NCBI GenBank assembly: GCA_021203405.1
Contig: JAJQBG010000302.1
Location: forward strand, 7,995 to 71,994
DNA: 64,000 bases
Origin: Bacteroides sp.
GTDB lineage: Bacteria; Bacteroidota; Bacteroidia; Bacteroidales; Bacteroidaceae
Direction: 5' to 3'
Shown here: positions 44,388-54,570 of the stretch, one piece after another
Numbering within the stretch: position 1 is the first letter of the stretch
How the letters are laid out: every line of letters starts with the position of its first letter
The notes under the pieces: generated by a model
Seen by the model: the letters and a program-made list of their open reading frames with translations, nothing else
The model's database searches: none
Told to the model about the DNA's origin: nothing
Program-made: the position numbers and the translations under genes

Positions 44388-45296
44388 GGAGGCTTCCGAC
44401 ACGGGTTCGCCCTCGAAGAGGTACTTTCAGCCTGCTTCGAACGCTACTACACACCCGGGTTCGAAGCCCCCGAAATCACCCGGATCCTGGAAGATGCAAA
44501 GGGGTATGCCGATGGGAAAAACGGAGCCGAAAAACAGAAAAAAGGGGCCAAAAAGGGGCCAGGGTCCTATAGGCCCCAATTTCAGAACGAAGAAGACCCG
44601 CAGAAGCAGATCCAGCAGGATGAAGAGCTACGCCGGCAGGCCCCGATACACCTACCTATACATCTGATAATATGAACACTACACTTAAAAAAGGCTCATT
44701 ATAGTAGAGACTCCGCACGGAAGAGATAGGCTCCTTTTAGGCATGATAACCACTCTGCGCGGATGTTTGCCCCATGTACAGTTCACCTACTTCCAAAAAC
44801 ACTACTTTCCACACTTTTACTACTTCGGAGTAGCCCATACAGAAACAGGAAAAAGCATTGTAGATGGGTCTTACCTGCTGGCCGAACCCCTGCACGATCA
44901 TTACGAAAAACAGGGTGAGGAAGAAGAGAAAAAATATCAACAATCCGTCCCCAGGAGCCACACCCCGTATGCCTGCTCATCCCCCCTAACTCATCCCGGG
45001 CCCGGTACCAGACCCACCCGCTAAAACCCTTTAGAAGACTCCATATCTTCCTGGACAAATTGCCCGCATTTTTTACTTATACACAAATATTACAGATAGC
45101 CGCAGAGTGTGGTATTCCCCGAACAACAGCCAAACGGGATATACGAAAAGACATCACCCCTAACTTACTGAAACACAAGGGAACTATCTACCAAAAGAAG
45201 CCAGATGCGCGCTCCACAAGGGGCCTAATGGACCCTGACCCCAAACTGGCCCCTGAAGCGGGTAAAAAAGAGGGAACCGAGAAGTCCAAATCTTAA
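44388..45296 (+). pseudogene. Decayed relic of a BT4734/VirE-N plus DUF3987-type primase/helicase-like gene
   Basis: Three collinear fragments: GFALEEVLSACFERY...EITRIL...DEELRRQAP (44388-44675); HYFPHFYYFGVAHTETGKS...LAEPLHDHYEKQ with a degenerate Walker A (44743-45024); wHTH-like LPAFFTYTQILQIAAECGIPRTTAKR (about 45050-45296). Recognition is from memory of the family. Confidence 0.5.
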
Positions 45297-45313
45297 CAAT
45301 TTATTACCACTCC

Positions 45314-45377
45314 AATTTCTCCGCCGGTGACCCTTTAACCACCCGCGGGTGAATAAAATTTCCCGGCGGAGTAAATT
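45314..45377. repeat. Nested GC-rich palindromic element
   Basis: AATTTCTCCGCCGG ... CCGGCGGAGTAAATT arms around the central palindrome CACCCGCGGGTG (45340-45351). Confidence 0.6.
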
Positions 45378-45582
45378 TAAGATCTACCAGGAATAGGATA
45401 AAATTATGTAGGTTACCTATGTCCCCGCCGGTAACAACAGGCACTTTTGAGTTTGTTTGTTCGCCGGGAGATAGCCATCTTTTTAGCGTGGAATGCAGGT
45501 TTTTCTGTAAATATAGCTATCTTTGAAACCGGCAGGCCTTCTACAGGTTAACGGCTCTTTTTGCCAGGTCATAAAAGAAAAG

Positions 45583-48500
45583 ATGATGAAATACCTTTTG
45601 TTAGCATTTACCCTATGGACGTGCCTCCCGGCAGGCGCACAGCAGATAGATCCTTCCCTCTATTGGCAGGGAAAAGAGAGAACCCTTCGCTATCAGCCCG
45701 ATGGGGAGGAGTTTGTGATCACCAACGGAGATAAAAGATTTACCCGGGCCATCTATGGTACCAACACCGGTTTCCGCTTTGAGACCAGTGACTTCCCGGA
45801 GTTCGGTCTCTATATGCCCAGATTGGGCGGAAGTATCTACTTAGCCATCGCCTCCCCTTCCGGAACCCAATGGATCAGGGAGATGGAGTGGATCGAATCC
45901 CGTTTCAAATCGGGGCAGCGTACCTATAGTATCAAAGACAAAAAACACCTGGGGAACGGTGTATTAACGATCGATGCCGTAGCCTTATCGGATGGGGACG
46001 GATTAATTATAAAATACCAGGCAGAGCAGATTCCGGCAGGCACCCGGCTCCTGTGGATCTATGGAGGGGCGGGCAACCAGCGTTTTTCACGGGAAGGAGA
46101 CCTGGGAGCCGACCCGGCAGATTGTTTCTTTATCAAACCGCAACACTGTAAAGGGAATATCTACGAGATCCGGGAGAACCGGTTTACGCTGTATTATAGG
46201 ATGAACAGCCGGGAGGTACCGGATGATGAACTTTATGAGAATCCGAAAACAGGGGATAGAACCCAGGTATCTGCTACCGCGCCTCCTTCGGATGCCCTGC
46301 AACTAACGGGCGTATTTCCCCTGGGAACCACGATCCGGGAGGCAGACGGGAACCGGATAGACGACCTGCCCGGATTGTTGACAGCTGAAAGATCTGCCTG
46401 CCCGGTGATCGTTGCTGAGTATACTATGGGAAGCGATCCCTTCTACATGGAACTCCATAACCCTAAAAGCCGTCCTCATTTTACCTACAAGGAGTTGGCA
46501 GCGGCTTTTGAGCAAGGAATTATCTACAGGACCCGGATCGCCTCCCGGATGAAGGTCCGGACTCCGGATCCCTTTTTCAACACCCTGGGAGGTATCTTTG
46601 CAGGAGCAGAAGATGCGGTGTGGGAAGATCCGGGCTACCTGCACGGAGCCATCGGCTGGCGGGTACCGCTTACCGGATGGCGGGCGGCTTACCTGGCAGA
46701 TCTGCTGGGAATCCGGGAGAGAGCCCGGACTCACTTCAACGGCTATATTCGCTCCCAGGTTACTGATGTACCCGTCACCCTCCCCCATTTGCAGGATACT
46801 GCTTTACACCTGGCCCGTTCGGCCAAGCAATGGGGCACCCCGATGTATAGTAACGGCTATATCTGCCGTTCGCCCGGTAAGACGGATGCCATGTACCATT
46901 ACGATATGAACCTGGTCTTTATCGATGAGTTACTCTGGCATCTCCACTGGACAGGCGACCTGGAATATGCCCGGGAGATCTTCCCCGTTCTGCAACGCCA
47001 CTTAGCGTGGGAGAAGAACACGTACGATCCCGACAACGACGGGCTGTACGATGCTTATTGCTGTATCTGGGCCTCGGACGCACTGCAATATAACGGGGGA
47101 AAGGTAACCCACTCTTCCGCTTATAACTACCGGGCCAACCGGTTAACGGCTGAGCTGGCGCGGAAGATCGGAGAAGATCCCCTACCGTATGAACAGGAAG
47201 CGGAGCGGATCCTTTCGGCCATTAACCGTGAGCTGTGGGTAGAGGATAAAGGGTGGTGGGCAGAGTTCAAAGACAACATGGGGCACCGGATGCGTCACGA
47301 AGAGCCGGCGTTGTGGACGTTTTATCACGCCATTGATTCGGAGATCCATGATCCGTTCCAGGCCTATCAGGCCTCCCGCTATATTGATACCCGGATCGCC
47401 CATATTTCGGTAGTAGCCCGCAATTATGCAGATACGACCAACTATGTGGTGGCTACCACCAACTGGCAACCCTATATGTGGTCTATCAATAATGTAGCGT
47501 TTGCAGAGATCACCCATACTGCTTTGGCCTACTGGCAATCGGGGCGGCCGGAAGAGGCTTACCGGATGTACAAGGGAGCGATATTGGATGCGATGTACCT
47601 GGGTTCGGGGCCGGGTAATATCACCCAGGTATCTTTTTACGATGCTGCCCGCGGAGAGACCTACCGCGATTTTGCCGACCCGGTAGCGATGGCGGTAAGA
47701 GCCCTGGTACAGGGTATGTTCGGGATAATCCCGGATCTGACTAACAACCGGCTGACCCTGCGCCCCGGGTTCCCGGCCGACTGGGAGTTTGCAGAGCTGG
47801 AAACACAGCATATCCGTTACAGCTACAGCCGGAAAGAGCAACAGGAGCAGTACCGGATCGTGCCCCTATTCGCTAAAGCGGATAACGAGCTGTTCCTGGA
47901 GGTGAATGCACGGTACGACCGGATACCGGAGGTAGCGGTGAACGGAAAGAGTGCATCCTGCGAAATACCTGGTAACCGGATCGGGCAACCGGCTATCCGG
48001 ATCCATGCCGGCCGGGCAGAAGAGTATGACATAGTGATAACCTGGCAGGGAGAGCCTTTGGTCAAAGAGAGTATGCCGGTAGCTATTGCCAGGGGGGAAG
48101 AACTGAACCTCCGGTTCAAACAAGCTCCTCTGGCAGTAAAAGATCCACAAGGTGTTTTGTCTCACTCCTCCCTTTCAGAAGGTTGTTTAACAGGAAAGGT
48201 TACCGGGACAGAGGGATACCGGACTCTTTTTGTGGAGACCAGCCAGGGCGACTTTACCTACTGGAGGCCGGTAGATATCCAAGTAAAAAGCCCTGTGGAG
48301 ATCAGGGATAATCCGAAAGCTGAAAAACTGGAATTTACCCTGACCAATAACAAAAACAGTATAGTGCAGGGACGCCTCTGCCTGAATGGTATGGATACGC
48401 AAAGGGATATCCGGCTGCTGCCCGGAAATAGTGAGGAGTTCAGTTTCGATAACCGGATGGCTACCTTAGGTACCAATCAGATAGTGATCAGGAACGAGGG

Positions 48501-49287
48501 CGGAGCTGTTGAACTGGAAACAATCAACTGGAATATTCCCAACCCCCGGGAAGCCACCTACAGAACAGTATCTATGGCGGAAACATTCAATGATAAGGTC
48601 ACTCATATTTTTGAATATGGTAAATACCTCTCCCCCCGGTGGCCCTATACAACGTTGCAGGTTCCTACGCAGGGCATGGGTCAATGGTGCCACCCTACGG
48701 ACCTCTCCCTGATCGACGATTCGGGCCTCCGGGCACTCGCTACACAGAACAAGGATATTTTCAGGTTACCCCAGGGAATTCCTTTCCTTACCCCGGGAGA
48801 GAAAGAGGAGAATAATATTCTTTTTACTACCTTGTGGGATAATTATCCCGCTTCGGCCACAGTTCCCTTAGCGGGGAAAGCCTCTAAAGCGTATCTGTTC
48901 GTAGCCGCTTCGACTTACCACATGCAGGCGCATCTTCTTAATGGCAGGATCGCAGTCAATTACAAGGATGGTTCTCAGGAGAAGTTGGAGCTGATACTAC
49001 CCGATAACCTGCTGCCTCTCGACCAGGATATTTTTATAGACGATTGGGCTTTCCGGGCGGATCAGCCCCGCCCCTGGCGCATCCGGCTGCAAAACGGGAA
49101 CGTGAGTAAATACCATGCCGGTGAACTGAACAAACAGATGTCCAACGATCCGATCTATGTGGAAGGGGGTCTGGTTACTCTGCTGGATCTTCCGCTTGAC
49201 CGGGAAAAAGAGCTGGAATCGCTTACGCTGGAAACCATCGCTAATGAGGTTATTATCGGGCTGATGGGGGTGACGTTGATGGAGTAA
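45583..49287 (+). CDS. DUF4450-type large secreted protein with a six-hairpin glycosidase-like core
   Basis: TATCTTTG at 45518-45525; signal MMKYLLLAF...PAGAQ; FTRAIYGTNTGFRFETSDFPEF, HGAIGWR, YDMNLVFIDELLWH, DGLYDAYCCIWASD and terminal NEVIIGLMGVTL. Confidence 0.7.
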   Translation: MMKYLLLAFTLWTCLPAGAQQIDPSLYWQGKERTLRYQPDGEEFVITNGDKRFTRAIYGTNTGFRFETSDFPEFGLYMPRLGGSIYLAIASPSGTQWIREMEWIESRFKSGQRTYSIKDKKHLGNGVLTIDAVALSDGDGLIIKYQAEQIPAGTRLLWIYGGAGNQRFSREGDLGADPADCFFIKPQHCKGNIYEIRENRFTLYYRMNSREVPDDELYENPKTGDRTQVSATAPPSDALQLTGVFPLGTTIREADGNRIDDLPGLLTAERSACPVIVAEYTMGSDPFYMELHNPKSRPHFTYKELAAAFEQGIIYRTRIASRMKVRTPDPFFNTLGGIFAGAEDAVWEDPGYLHGAIGWRVPLTGWRAAYLADLLGIRERARTHFNGYIRSQVTDVPVTLPHLQDTALHLARSAKQWGTPMYSNGYICRSPGKTDAMYHYDMNLVFIDELLWHLHWTGDLEYAREIFPVLQRHLAWEKNTYDPDNDGLYDAYCCIWASDALQYNGGKVTHSSAYNYRANRLTAELARKIGEDPLPYEQEAERILSAINRELWVEDKGWWAEFKDNMGHRMRHEEPALWTFYHAIDSEIHDPFQAYQASRYIDTRIAHISVVARNYADTTNYVVATTNWQPYMWSINNVAFAEITHTALAYWQSGRPEEAYRMYKGAILDAMYLGSGPGNITQVSFYDAARGETYRDFADPVAMAVRALVQGMFGIIPDLTNNRLTLRPGFPADWEFAELETQHIRYSYSRKEQQEQYRIVPLFAKADNELFLEVNARYDRIPEVAVNGKSASCEIPGNRIGQPAIRIHAGRAEEYDIVITWQGEPLVKESMPVAIARGEELNLRFKQAPLAVKDPQGVLSHSSLSEGCLTGKVTGTEGYRTLFVETSQGDFTYWRPVDIQVKSPVEIRDNPKAEKLEFTLTNNKNSIVQGRLCLNGMDTQRDIRLLPGNSEEFSFDNRMATLGTNQIVIRNEGGAVELETINWNIPNPREATYRTVSMAETFNDKVTHIFEYGKYLSPRWPYTTLQVPTQGMGQWCHPTDLSLIDDSGLRALATQNKDIFRLPQGIPFLTPGEKEENNILFTTLWDNYPASATVPLAGKASKAYLFVAASTYHMQAHLLNGRIAVNYKDGSQEKLELILPDNLLPLDQDIFIDDWAFRADQPRPWRIRLQNGNVSKYHAGELNKQMSNDPIYVEGGLVTLLDLPLDREKELESLTLETIANEVIIGLMGVTLME

Positions 49288-49404
49288 TACCTGAACAGGT
49301 AGCTATATCTATCCGGTGCTGCAACAATTTGGCTTTCCAACTGTTGATAAAATACTTTTTATTGAATCCGGTTCTACCCAAACAGCAGTTTAAAGAGAGA
49401 AGAT

Positions 49405-50663
49405 ATGGAGTTCCAAAAACGCCTTCAGGGTATTTGCTTCTTACAACTACCGGTTGTTCTTTACCGGACAACTGATCTCCCGCATCGGGATGTGGATGCA
49501 GCGCACAGCAGTGATCTGGATTATCTACACCATGACCGACTCCGTACTGATGGTAGGGATGGCTACTTTTGCCGAACAGTTCCCCTCTTTTATCCTCTCT
49601 CCTGCCGGAGGTATTACAGCAGACCGGTATAACCGTTACCGGGTATTGATGGTTACCCAGGTTACCTCTGCCCTGCAGGCGGTGCTGCTTACCCTGGCTT
49701 ATCATTACGGTTTTCACTCTTTATGGATCATACTTTCCCTGAGTGCACTACTGGGTATTGCCAATGCATTCGATATCCCTGCCCGGCAATCGATGGTCAA
49801 TGAGATCGTAAAGAACAACGAAGATCTACCCAGTGCCATTACTATGAACTCTTCCCTGAATAACCTGACCCGTTTGATAGGCCCTGCCCTGGCCGGACTG
49901 GTGCTGGCGCACTACGGAGCGACTATCTGCTTTCTATCGAATGCCATCAGCTTTATTGCCGTAATTCTCTGCCTGAGCCTGATGCATTATCCGCACCATT
50001 CGCCCGGTAAAGATCGTAAGAATGTATGGAGTGAATTCCGGGAAGGATGGAATTATACTAAAAAACAAACGGAGATAAACCATACTCTTCTGCTGGCAGC
50101 CCTGATCAGTCTGCTGGTCTCTACCTACAATACCCTGCAACCCTTCTTTGCCAAAAACATTTTCCAGGGGGATGCCTCTACGTATGGTTATATCACCGCC
50201 GCTACCGGATTGGGAGCCCTGATCAGTACGCTTTATATAGCTTCCCAGAAAGGTACGGAGCGATTAAAAAAAGATCCTCTTCAGTAATCTGCTTCTACTG
50301 GGCACCGGACTTATTGTTATGTCCTTTGTACGCTCCGAGTATTTGTACCTGGTGATGAGTTTTATCTGCGGTTTCGGCACTATGTCGGTCATGCCTATCT
50401 GCAACACCATTATCCAGACTGTCTCTTCTCCGCAGATACGGGGACGGGTGTTAGGATTCTTTGCCATGGCTACACTGGGTACCCTTCCTTTGGGGAGTCT
50501 GCTGATCGGCTGGATCGCGGAGATGATCAGCGCGGAACATGTTCAGCTTTTACAGGGAATGATCTGTTTGATCGTAGCAGGATTTTTTTCGGGATTTCTT
50601 CGCAGCCCTATTCCTCCTCCTACCCACGAGGTGGATAAAGAGGATCATCTGTTGGTCAATTGA
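49405..50663 (+). CDS. MFS transporter (EntS / MFS_3-like), two frameshifts
   Basis: Corrected start gives AFRVFASYNYRLFFTGQLISRIGMWMQ; GGITADRYNR, AFDIPARQS, RLIGPALAG and IRGRVLG. Breaks near 49413 and 50270. Confidence 0.82.
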
Positions 50664-51481
50664 GAGATAGGGGTAAAGGGAAGTGCATACCAGGGCAACG
50701 GTTGGATCTCCCCATACAGAAAAAGTACATCCCATTGCGGAATTTGACGGAACAGAGAGAGGACCTCTTTCAGGTAAGGGTGGTCCGGATCCGTCAGGGT
50801 CATCCTTTCTCCTCCCTGATTTATTAAAAGCCGACAGTAGGAAAAATGAGAAAACTTTCCCTCCGGAGTGGGTACCAGCTGAAAGGCCAGAACTATTCGG
50901 TCTCCCTCTGTTAACTCCGGAAATTTTTCATATCCGAAACTACCGGCGATCTCTTTTAAACTCGCTTCAAAAGAGTTCCGGGCCGGAACAAAGGTATTTT
51001 CATACTCCTTTTGTTGCATAATCTTCCCGCCTGCAAGTTTATAAAAAGTCTCTTTGGCAAAGTAGTAGCTAAAACCTATATTTTGCGGAGAGTAGTAGAT
51101 CACCTCTCCCTCTCCTACCCGCAATTCTCCTGTAAACCAGGATGCCAGGTAACGATCTCCCTCTTTATAGGGAAGGAAAACTTCCGGAATCGGAAGAACC
51201 TCTCCCTCTATAGTGGTCAATTCCACTAAATAGAGCTGATCGTTCTGCATCTGCCATTTGCCTCTATATCCGCGATAGCAACCGGTAGAGATTTCCCGAC
51301 TCTCTGTTAATGCAGCGATAGCACTCTTTAAAACCGGGTCTTGATCGAGAGGAACAGTGAGTAACTTCTTCTCTGTTCCATCGATAAGGATGGTTTCCGT
51401 TACTTGTATAGTGGCATGTATCCGTAATGTTACGGAGAAGAGCAGGAACACTAAAAACAAGAGATAGCCCGGATATTTCAT
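50645..51481 (-). CDS. Hypothetical secreted protein
   Basis: Signal peptide from MKYPGYLL (51481); conserved-looking STGCYRGYRGKW...QLYL and ASWFTGELR. Confidence 0.65.
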   Translation of the reverse strand: MKYPGYLLFLVFLLFSVTLRIHATIQVTETILIDGTEKKLLTVPLDQDPVLKSAIAALTESREISTGCYRGYRGKWQMQNDQLYLVELTTIEGEVLPIPEVFLPYKEGDRYLASWFTGELRVGEGEVIYYSPQNIGFSYYFAKETFYKLAGGKIMQQKEYENTFVPARNSFEASLKEIAGSFGYEKFPELTEGDRIVLAFQLVPTPEGKFSHFSYCRLLINQGGERMTLTDPDHPYLKEVLSLFRQIPQWDVLFLYGEIQPLPWYALPFTPISQLTNR

Positions 51482-51751
51482 AGCCAAAAAGATACGTATA
51501 CACCTGACGGCATAAATAAGATGGTTCTGCTGCGGGGTAGACAGAAAGACATACAATTTCTCCTATCATGCTCAACTACCTGAAATTAGGGCTGTAAATA
51601 TATAAAAAAGGAATAGATAGAATGAGTTTTTTACCCTGTTTTTTTCTATTTGTATGGAGCGGGTAACAAAACAGCCGGTATACTGTTTATATACCGGTTT
51701 TATTCTCTATATTTGGGAACAGGAACAGTATTAACTAAACGAACCACAGCT

Positions 51752-52042
51752 ATGAGTTTTGCAGGACATGTGTTCGATATGATAAGAAAGAACAAGGAGA
51801 ACCGGGATTTACTGAATCTCCGCAGAGAACGGGCTAAGAACAGATCTAAAACTTACCTGGGAAAAGAGGATCCGGCAAACAGGCCGCAAATCTCTTTGGA
51901 GGAGTATGAAAGCAAAGAGTTAAAAGAGTGGGAAAAAGAGAAGGAAAAACGCTCGTTAAGAACCACTATCGTTATAGCTGTTTGTATTGTCGGACTTTTA
52001 GTGATCTCAGGTATATTGGTTAAATGGTTTCTCCTCAGATAA
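51752..52042 (+). CDS. Small hypothetical protein with C-terminal TM helix
   Basis: TATATTTG box near 51708; MSFAGHVFDMI..., charged middle, hydrophobic tail. Confidence 0.6.
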   Translation: MSFAGHVFDMIRKNKENRDLLNLRRERAKNRSKTYLGKEDPANRPQISLEEYESKELKEWEKEKEKRSLRTTIVIAVCIVGLLVISGILVKWFLLR

Positions 52043-52133
52043 AGGCTGATCTTTTAAGAAAAAGAGGGAGAACAGACAAGAAGCCGGGATTTGTTTCGTC
52101 TAAGAAATAAAAGAGTTAATAACTTTGCTGCCT

Positions 52134-52976
52134 ATGAACCAAATCCCTCTCCACAAGCTTGCCGATACATTTAATGGTGAAACCGCCATTCTAAGATATG
52201 TTACCGGACAGAATGATCTTCCCGCCATTGATTATGCCCACCGGGATGATTATCATATTTTTCTTTTTATCGAACAAGGAAGCGGAAGATTCCTGATAGA
52301 TTTTCACGAGTATGAGATCACACCCGGTAGTGTATATGCGATCCTGCCCGGACAGGTTCATTTTCCGGCCTCTGATATAATAGCTACAGGATGGATACTG
52401 GCCATAGATAGTATGCTGGTCAAAGACGAATACCAGAGGATATTCGCAAAGAGTTCTCTGCTCCGTAACAGAGTAAACCTGAGTGAAGAGGAGACAACAG
52501 AACTAAAGAGGGGTGCGGAAGCGCTCTATAAACGCTTTCATCCCGACAGAAATCCCATTCAGGAGAATATATTACACGATCTCTTTTCCTACTACATAGG
52601 GCTTATCGCAGAGAGTTACCACAAAGAGTTCCCCTCTCCGGTAAAGAACCGCTACGCCTCCATTACTTTTGATTTTAAGGATCTCCTCTCCACACACTAC
52701 CGGGAGTGGAAACGTCCTTCCGACTACGCATCCCGGCTCAATCTCTCTCCGGTCTATCTCAACGAGGCGGTTAAAAAGAGTACCGGGCTGAGTGCCAGCG
52801 AATCTATTCAACACGAGATCGTGATCCGGGCCAAACGCCTGCTTTACTATACTACACTCAGCATCAAAGAGATCGCCGGAGAGTTAGGCTATGAGGATCA
52901 CGCCTATTTCACCCGGCTTTTTACCAAAGTTTCCGGCCTCTCTCCCACCCGGTTCAGAAGCAAATACCTTACATAG
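52134..52976 (+). CDS. AraC-family transcriptional regulator
   Basis: Cupin-like HRDDYHIF and PGQVH; HTH AKRLLYYT..SIKEIAGELGYEDHAYFTRLF. Confidence 0.92.
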   Translation: MNQIPLHKLADTFNGETAILRYVTGQNDLPAIDYAHRDDYHIFLFIEQGSGRFLIDFHEYEITPGSVYAILPGQVHFPASDIIATGWILAIDSMLVKDEYQRIFAKSSLLRNRVNLSEEETTELKRGAEALYKRFHPDRNPIQENILHDLFSYYIGLIAESYHKEFPSPVKNRYASITFDFKDLLSTHYREWKRPSDYASRLNLSPVYLNEAVKKSTGLSASESIQHEIVIRAKRLLYYTTLSIKEIAGELGYEDHAYFTRLFTKVSGLSPTRFRSKYLT

Positions 52977-53057
52977 TCCTGTTTTTACCGCTGTTTCTCT
53001 ATTTCACATCCCTCTTGTTTGCTGTTACTTTGCAGAAACATATAAAACAAGAGTAAA

Positions 53058-53285
53058 ATGAGCAGATTAAAAGATCGGTTAAACAAGATCCGGACCCCTT
53101 ATATAGGGATTGATCCCCGTAGATGCGAAGCATGCTGGAGATGCATAGATGCTTGTCCCAAACAGGTAATAGGAAAAGTTGGATTTTTATGGCATAAACA
53201 CATTGTGATACAAAAAGGGGATGCCTGTTCCGGGTGTACAAAATGTATTCAGGCCTGTCCTTACGGGGTATTCAGTAAACTTTAA
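53058..53285 (+). CDS. 2x[4Fe-4S] ferredoxin
   Basis: CEACWRCIDACP and CSGCTKCIQACP. Confidence 0.9.
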   Translation: MSRLKDRLNKIRTPYIGIDPRRCEACWRCIDACPKQVIGKVGFLWHKHIVIQKGDACSGCTKCIQACPYGVFSKL

Positions 53286-53294
53286 ATTATCCGG

Positions 53295-53701
53295 ATGAGA
53301 AATATATTTGTATCCAGGCGAGCTAAGATCAGTATCGATATCCTGCTGGGAGCCGGTTTGCTTGCCGCCGCCATCTGTTCCAAACTTCAGGGTAGCTATA
53401 CCCATTATTGGGTCTCTCCCCACTGTATAGCGAGTATGCTTTGGTTTTTACTGCTTCTGGTGCATATATCCCAACACTGGAGAGTGATCAAAGCTTTTAC
53501 CCGAAAAAGTTGTGCAGAAAAATAAGATCACAACTCTTACGATCTTGGCATTTATACTAATGGCCCTGAGTATTCTTACTTTTTTTGATGGAGATCACTC
53601 TTCCTCTACTCCATGCCCATGGTATAATCGGCAGGCTGTTTATCCTGCTGATTATCATTCATACCATAGATAAGTGCAGAGGGAAAAAGAAAAGCCTCTG
53701 A
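53295..53701 (+). CDS. His-rich 4-TM membrane protein (DUF4405 / cytochrome b-like), two frameshifts
   Basis: PHCIASMLWFLLLLVHISQHW; after fixing A/T runs near 53505 and 53583, KNKITTLTILAFILMALSIL...LHAHGIIGRLFILLIIIHT. Confidence 0.6.
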
Positions 53702-53791
53702 TCTTCAGCTTTACAGGCATACTACCTGTGAAAGGAGATGACAAAACAAACGAGTTAAATAGGAATAATTTACTTTGGAAAAAACTCCTCT

Positions 53792-54426
53792 TTACTCCAT
53801 TTCATTGAGATAAACCTGCAAAGCTTCCAGGTATTTTCCCACATGATATCCATCCATAAGCCCGTGGTGCACCTGTACGGAGAAAGGTAACAACACCCGG
53901 TCGCCCTCCTTATAATACTTACCCCAGGATATGCGGGGAACAGCATCATCCCGCTTTAAAGAGATGGTGTGCGACATGTGGGTAAAGGAGATCCAGGGCA
54001 GGCAGGTGATATAGATCAGATCGTCTCTTCCCGAAAGATTGGCGGCATCGAAATACTCTTGCTGGTTCCGGCTCTTTTCTCCTGCTTCCTGCACAAAAGT
54101 AGCTATATCATTACTCAGATCAAGGGTTACCATTTTAAAGAGTTGATTCTCCGGCTCGCGGTCCATATCTGTAAACGAAAGATGTATTTTATCGTGTAGT
54201 ACCACTTTACCCTCCCGGATCCGGTATCTGAACTCATCTATACTATTTACCACATCAGTCACCGCATAGATCATAGAGTAGTAAAATGATAAATGATGCT
54301 CCCGGGTAAAAGCCAGGAACCGGGTTACATCCAGATTCATACAAATATTATACTGCGGATAGTCCATCCGGTAAAAAAGGCAAAATGTTCTTTTCGCTTC
54401 CAGTTTTCAAAGTCAATATACTCCAT
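53792..54426 (-). CDS. cat: Type A chloramphenicol acetyltransferase-like protein, frameshift near the N-terminus
   Basis: MEYIDFENWKRKEHFAFF (start 54426), ITCLPWISFT, PRISWGKY and catalytic QVHHGLMDGYH; missing T in the run at 54373-54378. Confidence 0.85.
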
Positions 54427-54570
54427 AGTTATCTGTTTTATGTACTCTGCTCCGTTTAAAAAAGGGTACCTGTAAAAATAACCATTTCTCTGCAAAGAGA
54501 AGCTTATATCTGAAAAACAAATAGGATAACCAAACGTTATACCCTTTATTATCTCAAAACAGTAGTGATT

